Source of the DNA: Anaerolineae bacterium
GTDB taxonomy: Bacteria; Chloroflexota; Anaerolineae; S140-20
Direction: 5' to 3'
Length of the DNA: 17,072 nt
NCBI GenBank assembly: GCA_027021705.1
Contig: JALUTT010000023.1
Coordinates: forward strand, 1 to 17,072
Position numbers and translations under genes: made by a program. Shown here one piece after another: positions 14,487 to 17,072 of the stretch (positions are counted from its first letter, which is position 1; each line of letters opens with the position of its first letter). The notes under the pieces were generated by a model. That model was not told the origin of the DNA and made no database searches. It was given only the letters and a program-made list of their open reading frames with translations.

Positions 14487-16652
14487 TCACGGACCCGATG
14501 GGGACGAGGGAGAGGAAGGCGACCCGGCCTGGCGACGGAGCCATGCCTGCCAGGTCGGCTCGACCTCATCCAGCCCCTGACCGCTGACCGCCTGCAGCCA
14601 GTCGTCCAGGCTCTCCGCCGTCGCCAAGGCGTCGAGCATCTTGCCGACAGCCCGAGAGCCTTGCTCCTCCACAAGGAAGGCGACCAAGGTGTAGCCGGTC
14701 AGGGACAGATCGGGGCTGAAGGCGTCCGAGCTCCTCCCTCCTTCCCAAGCTTCCGCCAAGGGGCGCAGGGAGAGGGAGGATAGGTCTGCCCTCGACCACC
14801 GGAAAGGATGGTCCACGAGGAGGTGTTGGGCCTCCCAAGAGATCAGCCCCTGCAGGATCATCATTTGGCCTGGGCTGGAGTAGGACCGGGAGCCCCGGAG
14901 ATTCTCAACATCCAACCGCCGAAAGGCCACCTGGCTCACCAGCCCATACGTCAAGGACATCTCGGGGTCCACTCCGCTCAGGCTGGGTGATGTGTAGGAG
15001 AGGCCCTCGGAGTTCGGCGAGGACCATCCCCACGTTGTCTGAACGCCGATGGTCACCGTCGTCAACGCCGTGGGGGAGAGGCCGAAGTCCTCGGTGGCCT
15101 GTTGCAGCACCGTCGAGAGGCGGGAGGCCAGGCCGACCATCACGTCGGCATCCGCTTCGTAGTATTGGAGGACGATGTAGGGGGCTTTCACCTCCCGCAG
15201 CCCGCCCAGGTAGGAGGGGTCGGGGGAGGTGTAGAGCCAGCGGCCGTCCGCGCGGTGGAAGAAGACCACCCGCGTCTGCGAGGCGAGAGGCATCCCCTCG
15301 GCCTCCACCCAGGCCCGGTCCCTCTGGAAGGTGACGGTCACGCCGCGCGGATGGGAGAGCGGATTGTAGCGGTAGATCGCGGCCTCGCTGAAGTAGGCAT
15401 TCAGCCCCGTGACGTCAGTGAGGGAGCCGGGGGTCCAGGTGAATGACGAGACCTGGTCCGCCCGCCATGTCGCATCGGCCTCAGGATCCAGGAGCGCCCG
15501 GTAGGCTTTGCGGTCTCCCTGGGCGATGGCCTGTTGCTGGGCCTCCAACAGGAGGGTGAAAAGGGCCGGCGGATCGGGTTCGGACAGGTTGGCCTGTTGG
15601 AAGACCTCGATGACGGTCTGGGCCTCGCCCATCGCCTGTACCAGCCGGGCCACCGCCCCCAGCCCGTGTCGCTGGACGACCTGCTCCAGGACCGGCTCGC
15701 GGGTCGTGCTCAGGGGAGGGTTCAGGTCCAGTCGGATCATCGCCCAGGCCAGCAGGTCCCCCCACAGGCCACGTACCTCCGGGGCCAAGTCCTGGGGGGT
15801 GGCGATGCCGACGGCCTGGTTGATCAGCCAGCCGGTCACGTGATAGGCCAGGGCCTGGCGGTAGACCTGGGCCGGCCGCCCGTCCCGCTGCAGGGGCAGC
15901 AGGCTGGGTGAGACGATGGTCAGGCGCGAACGGTCGGTGGTCCAGGTGTAGGCTCGCGTGCCCAGCGGGTCAGGGCGCAGTTCGATGGTGAGGGGGGCGG
16001 TGGTCTCCAGCCCCAAGGGGGGCATCAGCGTCGCCAGCCAGGCCCGGAGGTCGTTGGCGAGGTAGCGCGCCGGCCGTTCGTCCACCTCCCAGTAGCGCAG
16101 CCGGATGGAGCCGACGGTTCGCTCCCGCCGCGCTCCCAGAGCCTTGTCGGTCAGAGGAGCATGGCGCCAGCCCTCCGGCGTGTTCCAGTAGTGCCGGATC
16201 TCCTGGTGCGGCTGACCGTCCATCATCACCTCCACGGCTGCCCAGGCGTACTGGGGTTCCCCCCACACCTTTAGGATTCGACCGGTGTAGGTGTAGGGGA
16301 CGACGGCAGGGGGGAGGAGGAAGCGGTGCATCTGGCGGTAGAGATCGAACCGCCGCTTCTGGTAGATGGGCCAACTGGAGATCTCCATCTGCTGGTTGAG
16401 GAAGAGCTCCTCGTCGCCCTCGATCAGTGCTTGGAGTTCCAGGCGGACGATGGGCTCCAGATCGGCAGCGATGGCGTGCTGCTGACGTTGGCGCTGGTAG
16501 AGCATCCCCACGACCAGCGTGCCTATCAGCCCCAGCAGCAGGCTGAGGCTCAGGAGGAAGCGCCGGGAGCGACGGCGCGATGGTGGCGGCGGTGGTGGCT
16601 CCGAGGTCAGCTCCTCGGCATCGGCGTGCCATTCGAATTGGATGGACATCAC
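14487..16652 (-). CDS. Membrane-anchored exported protein with two tandem homologous halves, peptidase MA-like but lacking HExxH
   Basis: Short cytoplasmic N-terminus, poly-Pro/Arg stretch, one TM helix, duplicated module (see findings). C-terminal LVAFLVEEQGSRAVGKMLDAL...LDEVEPTWQAWL resembles peptidase MA-like helices. Start GTG 16652 or ATG 16649. Confidence 0.75.
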   Translation of the reverse strand: MMSIQFEWHADAEELTSEPPPPPPSRRRSRRFLLSLSLLLGLIGTLVVGMLYQRQRQQHAIAADLEPIVRLELQALIEGDEELFLNQQMEISSWPIYQKRRFDLYRQMHRFLLPPAVVPYTYTGRILKVWGEPQYAWAAVEVMMDGQPHQEIRHYWNTPEGWRHAPLTDKALGARRERTVGSIRLRYWEVDERPARYLANDLRAWLATLMPPLGLETTAPLTIELRPDPLGTRAYTWTTDRSRLTIVSPSLLPLQRDGRPAQVYRQALAYHVTGWLINQAVGIATPQDLAPEVRGLWGDLLAWAMIRLDLNPPLSTTREPVLEQVVQRHGLGAVARLVQAMGEAQTVIEVFQQANLSEPDPPALFTLLLEAQQQAIAQGDRKAYRALLDPEADATWRADQVSSFTWTPGSLTDVTGLNAYFSEAAIYRYNPLSHPRGVTVTFQRDRAWVEAEGMPLASQTRVVFFHRADGRWLYTSPDPSYLGGLREVKAPYIVLQYYEADADVMVGLASRLSTVLQQATEDFGLSPTALTTVTIGVQTTWGWSSPNSEGLSYTSPSLSGVDPEMSLTYGLVSQVAFRRLDVENLRGSRSYSSPGQMMILQGLISWEAQHLLVDHPFRWSRADLSSLSLRPLAEAWEGGRSSDAFSPDLSLTGYTLVAFLVEEQGSRAVGKMLDALATAESLDDWLQAVSGQGLDEVEPTWQAWLRRQAGSPSSPSSPSGP

Positions 16653-16959
16653 AACGAACCCTCGCTGGACTCTCGGTCCCCTTCGGGATGGGACGAACGT
16701 CCTACCCCGGGGAGATCATCCGCCGTCAGGTCCGTATTTTACGCGGTTTTTCCCGGAGAGGCAATCGAACCCCGGTTCCCATCCGGTATCCCCCTTTTGT
16801 CGCGAGCGTATCGAGTTGGGGACCTACAGGTCGCCGAAATGGGCTCTGGGCTTCGTAAAATGGTCGAAAGAGGGGGGCTGAGCTTGCCCATAATGAATTG
16901 GAGCCAACCTCGCGAAATCGGGTACAATGTACCCTATCTCCCAAACGAGGTTGGCTCCT

Positions 16960-17072
16960 ATGCATTGTACTACAAAACCCCCGGTTGTTCAACTGATCCA
17001 GCTTCGTCTGCACGCCCTGGTGGTGCTCAGCATCCTTGTCCTGGCCGTCCTCGGCTCCATGCCTGAAAGCCA
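16960..17072 (+). CDS. Partial CDS (5' end) with a signal peptide/TM segment
   Basis: Manual translation MHCTTKPPVVQLIQLRLHALVVLSILVLAVLGSMPES..., open to the window end; GAGG upstream and TACAAT at 16923-16928. Confidence 0.5.
   Translation, partial: MHCTTKPPVVQLIQLRLHALVVLSILVLAVLGSMPES

Noticed and set aside
16850..16930. Defined promoter for the last partial gene (TAAAAT, CATAAT, TACAAT hexamers)
   Set aside because: Several -10-like hexamers but no convincing -35 at 16-18 bp; cannot choose one.
1..17072. Transposase, integrase, prophage, CRISPR-Cas, rRNA/tRNA or anti-phage defence genes
   Set aside because: No supporting motifs seen. The ThpR, SLOG and PRTase genes look like ordinary housekeeping-type members.

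Overview
High-GC bacterial chromosomal window, probably Chloroflexota/Anaerolineae-like (inferred from gene style, Pro/Thr-rich exported proteins and dnaA unlinked from dnaN). Left end, minus strand: a consensus sigma70 promoter, a cobalamin riboswitch and an intrinsic terminator control an operon of a sortase-anchored alpha/alpha-barrel protein, a membrane-anchored DUF4430/beta-grasp-like protein and a probable ECF S-component (partial). This may be a 'split transcobalamin-like' B12 capture system. Divergently transcribed are a probably leaderless fhaA-fhaB pair, a visibly lower-GC block (alpha/beta hydrolase, cysteine hydrolase, lipoprotein, SDR), an SDR-thpR-TIGR00725-PRTase-pteridine reductase-like run, and dnaA. 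A probable oriC (DnaA boxes, GGCC, DnaA-trio-like repeats, AT-rich tract) follows dnaA. Then come a LysM-LysM-CAP lipoprotein, a small hypothetical protein, a 721-aa internally duplicated pseudo-peptidase-like membrane protein and the start of a further exported protein. A short palindromic repeat (CCTCCCGCAGGT...ACCTGCGGGAGG) recurs in three intergenic regions. All family assignments are from motif recognition by eye; no searches were run.
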